Source: Paramecium tetraurelia (taxonomy: Eukaryota). From it: DNA of 64,000 nt. A program made the translations under genes and the position numbers. This document shows positions 29,030 through 44,854 of this stretch, piece after piece (position 1 is the stretch's first letter; the number at the start of each line of letters is the position of its first letter). Location: positions 186,001 to 250,000 of the forward strand of contig CT868651.1 in assembly GCA_000165425.1 (NCBI GenBank), given 5' to 3'. The notes beneath the pieces were generated by a model. That model did not search any database. It was not told where the DNA came from and was given only the letters and a program-made list of their open reading frames with translations.

Positions 29030-29179
29030 NNNNNNNNNNNNNNNNNNNNNNNNNNNNNNNNNNNNNNNNNNNNNNNNNNNNNNNNNNNNNNNNNNNNNNN
29101 NNNNNNNNNNNNNNNNNNNNNNNNNNNNNNNNNNNNNNNNNNNNNNNNNNNNNNNNNNNNNNNNNNNNNNNNNNNNNNN
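29030..29179. other. Assembly gap (run of N)
   Basis: About 150 N. Confidence 1.
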
Positions 29180-30030
29180 TACAATTTAACAACAATCATA
29201 TATTCTTATTACTTTAAAAACAATTATCTAAAACATATATTAGTATTGAAGTTTAACAAAAGGATAACAAATAATTTAGATAACTGGAATACGTAAAGGT
29301 ATCAAACTCAATTTTAACAATAAATTCATTAGGAATTCTATTCCATAATCTGAATGGTTTTAACTCGAGAAAATTTTATTTGAAAATAGATCATAAATTC
29401 TATGGTTGCTGTGAAGTATTGTTATTTGACAAAACTTAACCAATCTATTTATAAGCAGTTAGAATTAGATCCTTTTTTATGAGAAGAATAGATGGATGGG
29501 TTTGCACTCAAGAAATTAAAGTCCATTCTTTAGATTTTGTTTTATTAATGTGGTTGTATTTTTAAGAGGATGAATTGTAAATTTATTCATAAAATGGTGA
29601 TTGTTGCGACGCTTAAATTTATATCTACTATAGATAAACAAAAAAATAAGAAATTTATTGGGTTTAAATGGAGAGGATGACATTCGGATGTGGAATGGGG
29701 AAATTATGGGGAGTATTTGTAGATCTCTTGTGCCTTTTTAACGATGATGCTCTTGATGTTTATAAAAGAGAATATTAATCTTAAGACTACATACATTTTG
29801 CTTCTTCTAAGTTTAGGTAATATAATTATTCGACTTTTTGTTATTTTTGTAAAACAAATTGGTATTGCTGATGGAAAGAGGTGACAGCATCGGCGTTCTA
29901 AAATCAAATTAAGAGAAAAACATAGGAGTTCATTAAATCAATGCTTTACTAACTTTAGATGAAAAGTTTGTAGTTATTTGGAATTACCGGTAAACTTTAA
30001 TCACAGACATATATAAAATTGATATTCTAT
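29180..30030 (+). pseudogene. Frameshifted paralog of the gene at 52048-53064
   Basis: Colinear nucleotide similarity (e.g. TTTAAAAACAATTATCTAAAACATAT, AATTATGGGGAG, TTAATCTTAAGACTACATACATT) with several 1-nt deletions. Confidence 0.75.
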
Positions 30031-30198
30031 CCCCCTTAGTAACAAATACCAAATCAATCTTGGATATCTACTTTGTTCTAATGAACTCACTCTTTAGTTT
30101 AGTTTCATAAATCTTAAGAAGACTGATTATCTTAGCATAAAGTAAGACAGAATTAACCCAAATATTAATAACATAATCAAATTAATTTTAATCCTTAT

Positions 30199-30990
30199 TC
30201 AGATTTTATTGAATTCTGATATTTTTTCATCCATAAAATTTTCCAACACATTTCCACTTAATCTTGATGCTTTAAATTTTCCGTTATTTAATATTATTAT
30301 TCTCTCTCTAAGAAATTTTAATATTATCTCTTTATTAGTCATATTATTTAGAAAATTAACCCTCATATCATCTTTTCTGAAATCAAACAAATAGTTAAGA
30401 AAATCTAATATTATAACAAATAATATTTAGCTATTTATCAATTACTCAGCTTGTAAATTTAATCATTCAATCTAATGTTTCTTTTCAATCATTTTTTTCT
30501 GTTTCTTTAATCTAGACTTTAGATTTCTTAGAAATTCCTAGCTTTAATCTTCCAAAAGATGTGTTAAATGATAATATGATCCTAAATATAAATTTTATCG
30601 ATGCTTGATATCTTCTTTGTATAATATGGAAATTCAATCTGAAATTGATTTTTAATTCAAGAATGATTGGGTTGAAGTGTGTATACAATTTAATCATCCA
30701 ATATTTATCTGGAAAGTGAAATTGGTCAAATCCCCCTTGTTTGCCAATCTATATAACTTAAAAGGAGCTCTACAATTATTATGAACTTGCTTTATCTATA
30801 AGCATTCCAATTGTAAATTCTGATTGCTTATTTCTATCTGTCATGACCTTTAATAAGAAATCTGCTGTTATTACAGCGCTTGTCCTTTTGGGAATATAAA
30901 ATCCTTTGCTGTATTTGCCTCTTAAAGGGTTACATATAATTCAAAAATTTTGCGTTTTATAATTGACTGTTAAGAATGAAATTATAAATA
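30199..30990 (-). pseudogene. Disrupted hypothetical gene
   Basis: Protein-like segments (GFYIPKRTSAVITADFLLKV, HFPDKYWMIKLY, MFDFRKDD...) lie in different frames. Confidence 0.35.
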
Positions 30991-32406
30991 AATTATGTAT
31001 ATTGAAAATAATACTAGATCTAATGAAGAAAAATTTGATTAAGAGAGTTGCAATGTTTGGATTCTCATATTAATTCCTATTTGCATTACTTTAAATTAAT
31101 TTAAAAATCTTGTTTAAACAACATACTTTCTTAAGAATAAAATAAATATTATGTGAAAGCCTAATGGATTAAATTAAAGATAAGAAAATTGTTAGGGAAA
31201 AAAGTAAAATATTTAAGTTCAATAACAAATACTCTTCAGAAATTTTTGATAAGATTAGTTGCATAATGTAATATACAGTATGGTTGAAGGAATTATAAGT
31301 TTATCTTTGACATTGCATCAGTTCATAAGGAATTCTCAATTTAGAAGGATGTCCTAAAATATGATACTCATATCTATTAACCTCCATTAAGCACGCAATT
31401 AAATTCAATTGAGAAAGTTTGGAGAGAATTAAAAATTCACTTAGCTAAATAAGATCGTAAAACAAACCGTAAACTCAACTACTAAATTCATTGCAGCACT
31501 AAAGAAATTAAGATAGCTTTCTTCTAAGCTATTGCGATTCTGTATATCCAATAGTAGAAAATTGTTTGAAAAATAGGAATTATGATTTATAAAAATAAAA
31601 TATTTGATATGAATAATAATCTTCATCGTGATCCAATTGATTAGGAAAATAAATGACTAAATCGCTTCTAATTGAATTAATTCATTTAAATCATTATGGA
31701 AAAAAAATTTGATTAATGTCGAATAGTTTATGTACAAAAGAACTTCGTATTTAGGCGACTTGTGGAGATGATGATTAAGATGCATGAGAAAGTTAAAAGA
31801 AATAGGTCATAAAATTGTAGAGTAAGCCAAAAAAGAAAATAAAGAAATAATTTAAAGATAATTGATTTAAAGGTGAATTATTTGTATGTAAAATTAACAA
31901 AATTCTCATTTTAAATTGTTTTGATCATAAATCTATTAAGTAAAGGTTTACATAATTTCTTCATTATTTTTATCTCCTTCCAAACGTATAATCGTAAGAA
32001 TAATAATTATATGAGAGTGATTATTAAATCGATAATTTATCATCATCTAGTGATTTTTTAATCATTATTGTTTTATTTTTATTTTCTATATTAAATAACA
32101 TATTTAAATGTAGATTTTTAAAATCAACGGTATTAATATAATTAACTCAATCCATTTTTAGTTGTTCAAATATTTATACATGCTTTTTTATATTTTAGAT
32201 GGATCTAATTTTATAAATAAAGTTTGACAAAGCTAGATTGTTAGAGTGACCACTACCATAATATTTAACAATTAAATTAAATCTGAATTTTATCTTTTGA
32301 AGGATGGTTTAAGAAAAAAAAATTGAGTTTATCAAATGATAATGTGAAAAACATATTTATTATAAAGTATAAAGTTTGATTGATAACATCAAATAAATTT
32401 TATTTA

Positions 32407-33774
32407 ATGTTAATTTTGTTTTTCCTTAATTTTAAATAGATAGATTTTCAAAATTCAATAAAAGTAGGTCTGCCTAAAATAATACTTAAAGCAATAAATG
32501 CTGGTGTAATTATTTTTTAATTTATTCAGGTTTAATATGCTTAAAGTCAAAGTACGTTAGGATTATTTTATAATATTGGTTTAATATTGATGAGGAGGAA
32601 ACATTCAATCTATTTAATTTAAATTTTTTATTTAATCCTTATTTTATAAAATTAGTTAATCACTTGGAAATACTAAGTCTTTAGAGTCTAATTAAAGGGA
32701 GGTTAGTTTAAGTACATGTAAATATAAATGAAGAACAGAAATTAATAGATTAATATTATTTTATGTTAAAAATGTAGCAAAAAATGTATATAAAGTTTAT
32801 AATAAATGTATTAAGAATTTACAACCTTAATTAATGGAATGTGTAATTAGATTCCAAAAAAGAATATTGCTGAAGTTTATAAACATAATAAGCAAAGATA
32901 ATTGAATTTAGTACAAAGGAAGAGTTGGGCACCATCTATAAAATACTCAATGTTTTAATCTAATTACGGGACAAATGATTATTAAATTGTACCTTAAGAG
33001 AGTTCAGATTCTGAATCTATAGTTTTTACACCTTCATAATATCCATCATTACATAAAGTTGCTTCTCAAATTATTATGATTTCACAATATTCCCAGATTC
33101 CTTGTTCAACAGTATTGAAGGATGGTTTAAAATCTAAATTGATAATTAAAAACATTGATGAAAACATTGATATTCAAAAATTGTAGGAATTTGTGGATAA
33201 ACTTCCCATTAAGGGTTTTGTTTAAGAAATCAAATTAATATACTATTAATCAAATCCATGCTTATTATTTCAGTTGAAAACAGATTAGCCATTAATTGTG
33301 GCAAATCAATTTATGAGTAAACAAAATTAGAAATAAGCAAAGTCAATCTTTGGTTATAAATTTACATGTGCTTAATTGGCATTGATGAATGAAGAATTTG
33401 CTGCAGTTATATTAAGAGGTCTTGATAAAACCATTAGTACTAGTTAAATAGAGAAGATTATTTCTTATACATTGAAGTTGGAGTAGAAGGAGTGTATCAG
33501 AGAGACTCAAAAACATATAATCGAAATAGAAAATGTAGGGTGTATTACAATTGTTCTTAAAGATTTGGAATATTGTGAGAAGGTTGTTATAGCATTTAAT
33601 GGGACAAATTTGAATGGATTATAAAAAAATAAAATATTAGTTAATGTTCATCCTGAGTCTGTAAAGGTCCGAAGAATCGATCTTAGTCAATCCATTTAGA
33701 AAGGACTATTACAAGTAAATTAATTAAGCAATATATAGAAAATAATCAAGGTTAATGAAGAGGAAATGAATTGA
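32407..33774 (+). CDS. Hypothetical protein with RRM-like C-terminal domain (5' end uncertain)
   Basis: Long open frame; AVILRGLDKTIS...CITIVLKDLEYCEKVVIAFNG...ILVNVHP resembles an RRM. Confidence 0.5.
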
Positions 33775-33893
33775 CAATTTAATTTATTTATTTTATTTTT
33801 AGATTTCCCAAACACTGTAGGTAAATAGCAAAATCAAAATGAAAACTCTTTCATTGAATATGCATATAAAAATTAAATATTATTTTATTCAAA

Positions 33894-34327
33894 ATGACAG
33901 CCAAAGATGTTATTATGAAATTGAACAAAGATGCAGAGTATAATGCACTCACTGCAGATTTTTAAGGAAATGATACTAAATTCGTTGGAGAATATGAAAA
34001 TGTCAAAATTCCATCAGATAAGAAAGAATTCATTAAAGATGCTTTTAGAAAAGTAGCCACTGCCTGTAAACCCACATTAAAGAAGTAAAATTGTCCATCT
34101 ATTTTAGTCTGTCTCTGAGATAAAATTGGTTAGATTTATAAGATAGAGTGTATAATAGAGCATAATACTACACAAGTATCAAATAATAAATAAAAATAGC
34201 TGATGCGAATTCATGTATTAGTGATGCCAGAAATGTAGCCGAAGTTAATGTCTGCTGCGACAATTATATTCAAAGACTCAATAATGATTTCTATAATGAT
34301 GTCTTGCAAATATTAAAAGATTATTGA
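33894..34327 (+). CDS. Small hypothetical protein
   Basis: ATG..TGA with two canonical 23-24 nt GTA..TAG introns. Confidence 0.65.
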
Positions 34328-34548
34328 GATATTTCATTTATTAAATAAAAACAAAAAACCAAAACATTTATTTATGAATTTATCGCAAAGAAATTAGATT
34401 AATTAATTTGACTTGGTATTATAAAGTTCAATAATTTCTATAGATGGAATAAATTATATTTCAAATCATATTCACAGGATTTGTAGCATGATATAAATAA
34501 TAAATAAGTTTTATTTGTGCAGAACAATAAAATTGAATAAATTAATGT

Positions 34549-35312
<764 letters not shown>

Positions 35313-35491
35313 GTAAATTCAAATAAATATAATATTTTCAATATTTATAATTCCCTAAAATTCCAAACTATTTAAATTAAAAAACATCGTATATTTCCTC
35401 ATCATCTGTAGACTATCAATTACATTACTTATTTCATTCAATATTTATATGAGTTGTGCTTTTAACAATAAATTTAATTAATCTGTTAAAC

Positions 35492-36736
35492 ATGCTTAAT
35501 ACTTATCATACACCAAAATAGACTTACAAATAATAACCATCAAAAATCTGTTAGCCTATTCATTAAAAAAGCTTAACCTGTAAGTCTCTTTCCCCTTAAG
35601 AACTATAAATTCCCCATCATTATAACCATATCAAGGATGATCAAGATCCTTCAACTCCACAAAAGATTAAACTAGCTTAGGGTGTTAAATTGTTAAAAAT
35701 TCCATCCTAGCTGAATGATAATAGTTTTAGAGGAAGCAGCTCTAAAAATATCTTGACTTCCGATAGTCCCCTTATCACTCATAATAAGGAGAATAACTCA
35801 ATAGGTAGAAGAATCTGCACTGAATCAGGTGCACAAGATAACTCAACTTCTGTAGTTATTCAAGAAAATAAAAAGTTGAATGAACTGATTTAAAGGTTAT
35901 TTAGGGAGAAATAAGAATTAGTTGCAGTTATAGAAAAATAAAAAAATTAACCATAATTTTAACTTGGTCAGACTGACTAATTTAATCTTCGAAGCTTAAA
36001 AGCAAGAATTGAGAGATTAGAAGCAGTTATTGATCAATAAAGTGAAGAAATCAAAGAATGGAAACTAAAGTATAAATAAGCATGCGAAGAAGACGAGAGA
36101 GTCAATGCTATAGATTAAATGGTATTATTAATTTTTATAATAGGAATCACAAATATTGAAAGTGGTTGAAGAAAATGAAAGACTGAACAATTTAGGATTT
36201 GATAAAGATAAACATATCTCTAATTTAAATAATGAAGTTACATCTCTTTAGAAGAAAGTCTATGAACACGATTAAAAAATTAAAGATCAATCCACTCTTA
36301 TAGTTGCATATGAAGAGGAAACTAAAGAATTGAAAAAAATATATAAGACTAAATTAACGATGATTGAAAGATTTGAATAGCAATTATAAGAAAAGACAGA
36401 AAATTCTTTTTAACCCTTCTTTCATGAAAATTAATAAGGATAAACAAACAATAATTATTAAATAATTCTAGACTGCATAAAACTAATTGAATAGGTATTT
36501 ACAAATTATTATTTTAGCAATTGTGTGATTTATCAACATAATATACTTCGCAAGTCTTGGAAAATTAAAGATTGTTCAGATAAAATAATAATTTAAAAGA
36601 AGAATTACTATCTTAATAGAAAGCGTTAGATGAAATAAGGACGTCTCAAAGAGGAACTGTTAATCCTAAATTTTAAGAAGTTAATAAAAATGTCATTTTA
36701 TTAAGAGAAAAAATTACGCAATAAATGATTAAATGA
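35492..36736 (+). CDS. Coiled-coil hypothetical protein
   Basis: Open frame with two short introns; heptad-rich C-terminal half. Confidence 0.65.
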
Positions 36737-37301
36737 TTAGAGTTTCTTATTAACCAAATTATAACATATGTTCTTATTAAATAACTATTATTCAATATTT
36801 AAAATCATTTATCAATTGAATTTTAAAGTCAATTTCTATAATTAACATTATTTAAGACTAAATTATCTCTTTTTATGAAGTTAATGTATTTTATTATAAC
36901 TAAAATTACATTTTAGGAAGAATATTTTATAGGATCTTGATAAAATTTGGCTTCTACTAAATACTATACCTAAGACGGCATAATTCCTTAATAATTCACA
37001 TTGATATGGAAGATTTTCTTTTTGTTTATGCGTAAAAGTACATAATACAAGAGAGGGATAACTAGAGTGGTTTATTAATTCTATTTTTAAGAATATGTTA
37101 ATGATTATTTTAAATTCAAAATATATATTAATAAATTATTTGCCTAATTCTATCTTAATTATTGTCTTTTTACAATATGCTCCAAATCTATAAAGCAATA
37201 TTCTAGTGTTATTATAAATCTAATTTAAAATTTTTCGAATTAGGCTACAATATAAATGTCTAACATACAGAATTCACTATATTTATTTAGCCATAAATAA
37301 A

Positions 37302-38281
37302 ATGAATTCTATAGGTCCAGATGAAAATAAGCCAATATTAAGAATATTTTTGGCAGGAATAACTTCAATAGCTGCAGGTGGATCTCCTTAACCAATTGAT
37401 ACTGTAAAAGGATAGTGAAGGAAAATCTGCAGTCAAAAAATATAGGAATATCCTTTGAGGATCATATGTAATTTAGTAAGAAGAAGGATTACGCGCATAT
37501 TTATAAGGATTATCAGCATCATTAGGGAGAGATGCTACATATTCAAAATTGAGAATTGGATTGTATGAACCATCCAAGCATATGATATCTAATGATGGAA
37601 AGAAGACATCTTTTGGGGTCATGTTTTTGCAGATTAATGTCTGGATCAACAGGAGCGATTGTTGGAAATCCGTGTGAAAAAATTATTAATAAATATTTTT
37701 CAGTTTAAAAATTAGATTCTAATCTATTCCTGGCCATCATCAATCAGTAGATGCCGATATTACACAAATATTGCATCATGTAGGATTTCTAGGCTTTTAT
37801 ACTTGACTTGATTATTATTTGTTAAATTATAATTTTTAAAAAGATGTCTTAAATAAAAGAGATCATGGAAATAAAGGCACTATGCCTAATTTACTTAGAG
37901 GAAGAATTCTCACTGGAACTAAAATGGCCATTTACAATTAAACTAAACAATGGTTGAAGAACATTTTAATTCAAAGAAGGATTCAGTCTTTCGTTTGTAT
38001 GCTCATTTGCTACAGGTATTAAACTGCTCTGATTAAGGATTAATGCTTTCAATTACAACTATACTTATGTACTTAATTAAAACCAGAATCATGTCATAAG
38101 ATGCTGATTATAAAGTGTTTAATGGATAGATGGATTGTGTAATCAAGACATTTAAATAAGAAGGTTTAGGTGCATTTTAAAAAGGGTTCTTCCCTTAGTG
38201 GATAAGATTTGGAACATTTACTATTATATAGCTAATAGTTTTGGGATAATTACATACATATATGGAATTAGAAATATATGA
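37302..38281 (+). pseudogene. Mitochondrial carrier (UCP/oxoglutarate-carrier-like) pseudogene
   Basis: PIDTVK, YKGLSASL.R.ATYS.LRIGLYE, LIKTRIMSQ and KGFFPQWIRFG remain, with deletions, frameshifts, an in-frame TGA near 37457 and a lost splice donor near 37680. Confidence 0.8.
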
Positions 38282-38302
38282 TTAATTTATTTATATGAAT
38301 TT

Positions 38303-39037
38303 TCATGGCAGATTTGTTAATTTGTTTGTATTATAATAATCCCAAAAGTTGAGTCTGATTGGTTCAAGAGCATTGACAAATTTTTTGATTGCTACATAAG
38401 CTGCTTCATCAGTTTGATTGGGTCCAACAAAAGTTTCAAATACTTTGGTTCTACTTGGAGCAGCCAACCAAGCCGCTTTGGCAGCATTTCTTACCATGAA
38501 TCTAGAAATATATAAGGACTGAATACGTATGGTAAGGTGCCAAAGCTTCATTGTATGCATCTGAACAGATATCTGAAAACTTTTTATTTCTATTTGTATC
38601 AACATCTATAAACATAATCTTCAAGTAATTAAAAAATCTTATGATTCTTAGCATCGTTCTTGCCATGGATTAGTAATTGGCTAAAGTCTATGAATAAATG
38701 AATGGGTTATCGTTACCTTATTTTTTAAGATCTCTTTATTGTTCTCTCCATTTAATTCCATCAATCCTTTTTACTTCTCTATTTATATTACTCCATAGAT
38801 TCCTTTAGTTTATTCATTGTATTCATTTCCTCTATCCTTGATAATTTAGGCTTTTTCAATGACATCTGAGAATGCAAAATATAACAATTTGCCCAATTGT
38901 TTGAATAGTTTGCAAAATTCTACCAAAAATTCTCCTATTTAATAAGGAGGGTAATCTCTATTCTATTCAAAAAATTGATTAGCATCTGTCAACAATTTTA
39001 GTATTATCTCGTTGTCATATCTATCGTTTTAATCCAT
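38303..39037 (-). CDS. Glycolipid/ceramide-1-phosphate transfer protein (GLTP family)
   Basis: LGKLLYFAFSDVIEK, RTMLRIIRFF and AYNEALAPYH.FMVRNAA...AAPSR; two short introns. Confidence 0.8.
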
Positions 39038-39073
39038 GATTATTTAATAAATTTGTTATTTAATTTTGAATTA

Positions 39074-39622
39074 ATGGATTATCGAATTGGATCAGCCAGT
39101 ATGAGTGATTTAGAAAGTGCCAAATTGGTAGCAAAGAAACTGTTTGAGACATATGATAGGGATAGAAATGGGGTCATTGATACAACTGAGACCATACCTA
39201 TGATAGTTGATGCATACAAATCATTTAATAGAAGCTTTTAGCCAACAAGAGGAGACATTGATAGTTATTCAAAAGTCATGGACAGAAATGGAGATGGCAA
39301 AGTTACTTATCAAGACATAGAAGAATTATGCATCAAATATCTGTGTCCTCAATATTCTTAGCAATAAAGATAATAGGCTAATAAACCATAAGACCCAAGA
39401 ATCGAAGTAGCAAGAAGAGTGTTTAGGAAATATGATACTGATAATTCTGGTTACTTGAATCTTTAGGAAATACAAAAAATGATGGCTGAAGCATACAGAT
39501 CTATGGGATTATCTTAACCAACATACAAAGACGTATAAGCTTGGCTAGACGTAGCTGATACTAATAAAGATGGTTTTATATCTCTTTAAGAATTTGAATA
39601 ATTTGTCTAAAAAAGTTTATGA
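39074..39622 (+). CDS. EF-hand calcium-binding protein (4 EF-hands)
   Basis: Loops DRDRNGVIDTTE, DRNGDGKVTYQD, DTDNSGYLNLQE and DTNKDGFISLQE. Confidence 0.9.
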
Positions 39623-40069
39623 TATTAATTTTTAATTAAAAATTGTTACTTCTCTCACACATGAATCATTCAAAGAAATAAAGGTATTTTTTAAGTTCTA
39701 ACTTCTTTAAAATTTTATCATTTATTTGAATGAATAGGTTTATTAAGAAACTAATTTCTAAAATATTTCTAAAATCGATAAGACAACAATGAATGGAATA
39801 GAATTAATTAATCCTAGATTGGAGATTAGTGAATTAATGAGAAAAGTAAATCAAGTCCTAATATATAGAGATCAAAAAATACTTCCAAATTAAACAGAGA
39901 GATTTTATGGTTAAGTGGTAATCATTGATGAAATTGAAGAATTTCAAGAAAATATTTATTGATAATTCTACTTTTATATTTTATTTACTGGTTCACTAAA
40001 TTAACAGCTATTTAAAACGAAAATGTAATGGTTGATTAAAATACACAATTATTATAATTTTAATAAAAA

Positions 40070-41345
40070 ATGTCAAATTGTGGAACTCCTTTGTGTCTAA
40101 CTCCATAAAAGAATAAAGAAGTGAAGAGACGGAATGTGTTATTGAATGTCCCTGATGAGATGATAAACTACACTCCTTTGGAATAGATTACACTGCCAAA
40201 GAATTAAAGGATCAGATAATCATTTTCTAAATTTTTATGTGGAAATATTGATGAGAAGGAATTTGTCAGATTCAAATGTTTCCCTTAGAGCATCAATTAG
40301 CCAATATAATAAACAAAGAAGATCAGAAATAGACATGAAGATTATACAATATAATTGAAGAGATAAGCTGCTAAAGAGAGAGCCAAATAGAGATGGAAAC
40401 GATTGGCAGAAGTATTATAATATAAGTATTGAGGTGGTACAATAAAATATTTAATTAAGAAGATAAAGTGATTCTAATTATTAATCAAAGATATTGAGTA
40501 GAATAGAATTGGGAATGAAAATTTAAAATTAATTGGCAGAACAATCAGCAACAATCGAAGATTTAAAGAGTTATAAATTATAGACAATGTTGGTATTAAA
40601 GGAGAAGAAGAAAAAATAGAATTAATCATGTTTTATATCACCAAAGCATTATTAATTTGAATTGCAAGAACTATTCAAAGAATAAAGTGATCAATATTTG
40701 TACATTTACCATAAGAACCTGCCAAACACATCAAAATTATCAGAAAAGGATTATAATCAATTACTTGACACTTATCTACATAAGAAATAATTATTTGATC
40801 AATATTTAGAGTAAAAGAAACAAAGGAAACTTGTCAAATGGAAACCAATGACAAGTACAAGTACGTTTTACAGTACATCAATGAGTTGTTAATCGAATGG
40901 ATTAAAGAGAGAGTCTCCATTGATGAGATTGCAAAAAAACCCTCTGGAATAGTAGTAATAATAGAGATAGACAGAATACTTTTTAGTCAATCAAATTAAT
41001 GAGGTTTCTAATCCAAAAATGGCAACAAGTATAGTTTCCAAAAAACATTAGAGACCACAAAATACAAAAGATAAATTAAAAGGAATTGTTAAACATAATA
41101 GAATTAAATCAATGGACTATGCAGAGAATGATGATGATGATGGTTTGAACATGTCTAATGCATCGATCACTGAAGCATTACTAGACTAATTGTATTTGGG
41201 ATCATAGAAGTTATAATCAAAACTGAAATAGCAGAATGTTGTTCAAAAAAGAGTGAGAGACATTCTCAGACTTTAAGAAATGAAAGTTAATACAATCAAT
41301 GCTAATTATTAAAAGCTAAACAAATACTAATAAAAACATTAATGA
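40070..41345 (+). CDS. Hypothetical protein (about 417 aa)
   Basis: Frame traced end to end using one 22-nt intron (40412-40433, GAG acceptor); its TGA overlaps the next ATG. Confidence 0.65.
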
Positions 41346-42431
41346 TTATAATTTTATTATTCTTGGCCAATTATATAAATGCTGAGTCCCTGGCTACATA
41401 AAAAACAAATGATCTAAGGGAAATGCAATTGAGAGATGGAATAATTGAATTGAATTCAACTGGATATTTGTATCTCTTCAATATTAATTTTCAAGTTACT
41501 ACACTATGGAATTTCCACGTCCATATGATGTCGTTATATACTTTGTAGCTCCCAGCTGTAAACTTTGCAATGATCTTAATGAACATTACTAAAAAGTAGC
41601 CAAATTCTACGCTGATTCAGGAGCATTATATAAGAGTGAATCCAAAAGAGCAGTCTTCTTTGCCACCATGACATTCAATGATAAAACTAAGCAAGTCTTC
41701 GAACAACTTGGATTTATTTCAGCACCTAACTTATTCGTCTCACAACCACATATTGTATTTGTCCCACAAGATGAAAGAGAAAGATATTTGAGAGACATGA
41801 AATGGACTATTTCTTATACAGATGGTACAGTCACAGCTCATAAATTCCTTGAATTTATAAATAAAAGGACCGCAAGATAGGTTGATTACAAGGCATCTAC
41901 CTCTGAAGCACTTACTGTTATCGGTGTTCTCTTGGGAGCTCTGACAGTAGGAGCCCTGTTATTCTTTATAGCCAGGCCCTTGTTTCTAAATCCCAAATTA
42001 TGGTTCGTTGGATCGATAATCATATTCATCACTTGTTTGGCTGGAGTCGTTTACAACATTATTCATAATGTCCCTTTCTTTAGCTAGAATAACCGAGGAG
42101 GCTTATAATGGAAGACCAATAGTGGAAGATAGTAACTAGGATTTGAAGGATTGTTCTTGAGTCTTGGTATGACTTTCGTTGGATTGACTATGGTGTTGAT
42201 CATGAAACTAAAGGTCTTGGTCAGACATCGAAAAATAGACCCGTATTTTATTATTAAATCAATAGGTTGATTGAAAGATCGATATATCTATTTTTATTTT
42301 TAAGCATTTTCATAACCGTTCAATTCGTTGAGGAGAATTATAGACAAAAATCGCACTATAATCCTATTTATTGGCCACCAAAACATTATATCAAGGGACC
42401 ATTAAATAGAGACTAAGGCAATTCATTTTGA
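41342..42431 (+). CDS. OST3/OST6 (MAGT1/TUSC3) oligosaccharyltransferase subunit
   Basis: Signal peptide, PRPYDVVIYF..PSCKLC thioredoxin-like domain, VFEQLGFISAP, TM helices, GVVYNIIHNVPF and RQQLGFEG. Confidence 0.85.
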
Positions 42432-42513
42432 GTTTATATTAAATAGTAAATTACAAATATTACAATCTCTTTGTTATAATAATAAATCCAATTAATTTTT
42501 ATATGATATGTGC

Positions 42514-44262
<1,749 letters not shown>

Positions 44263-44854
44263 TATGGAATTAATTATGATATGTATAAATATTTTATATT
44301 AAATCAATATATAATAACTTGTAAACTGATTTAATTCTTTGAGTATATTTGTCAACTTTATTCTATAAAATGATAATGAAATTCTATTAAACCTTTAAAA
44401 GTCCTAACTTTACAAGGTTTATTCGATTTTTTCGATATGATATTGTTAAACTGAAATGATAGTATATTTTCTTATAGATAGAATTGTGAAATTATAAATA
44501 AATATCAATGATTCTTTTAATTTTGTTATAAATAGTAAACAACATTAATATGAATCCCATTAGCTTATCCAATTTAAGAAAATCTAGCATATAGTGAATG
44601 ATATCTTCAAAAAATTATTGAGTTATTTCATAATAGCATAGAATTCTACAAATCGATAATCATTATGTTTCATTCTTTTGAAGATTCAAATCCTTTGATA
44701 TAGCATAAATCAGTAATTTCAATATCGAATTTATGATTTGAATAAGATAAATATATAAAAAGAGGATTCAAAAATAGATTTGGAATTTAGAATAAATATT
44801 GTCTGTTAATACATATACATATCAATTGAGTTTGAAAAGTTAAAGTTCATTTTT

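Noticed and set aside
31000..32400. Possible plus-strand gene fragments
   Set aside because: Frames are repeatedly broken and no family is recognisable.
36977..36987. Second copy of GGCATAATTCC, identical to the core of the eL22 hairpin
   Set aside because: It lacks the supporting lower stem and is not in a recognisable transcript; a lone 11-mer match could be chance.
39661..39962. Small ORF with an apparent intron of about 55 nt
   Set aside because: The model is ambiguous, and the segment is unstructured AT-rich sequence.
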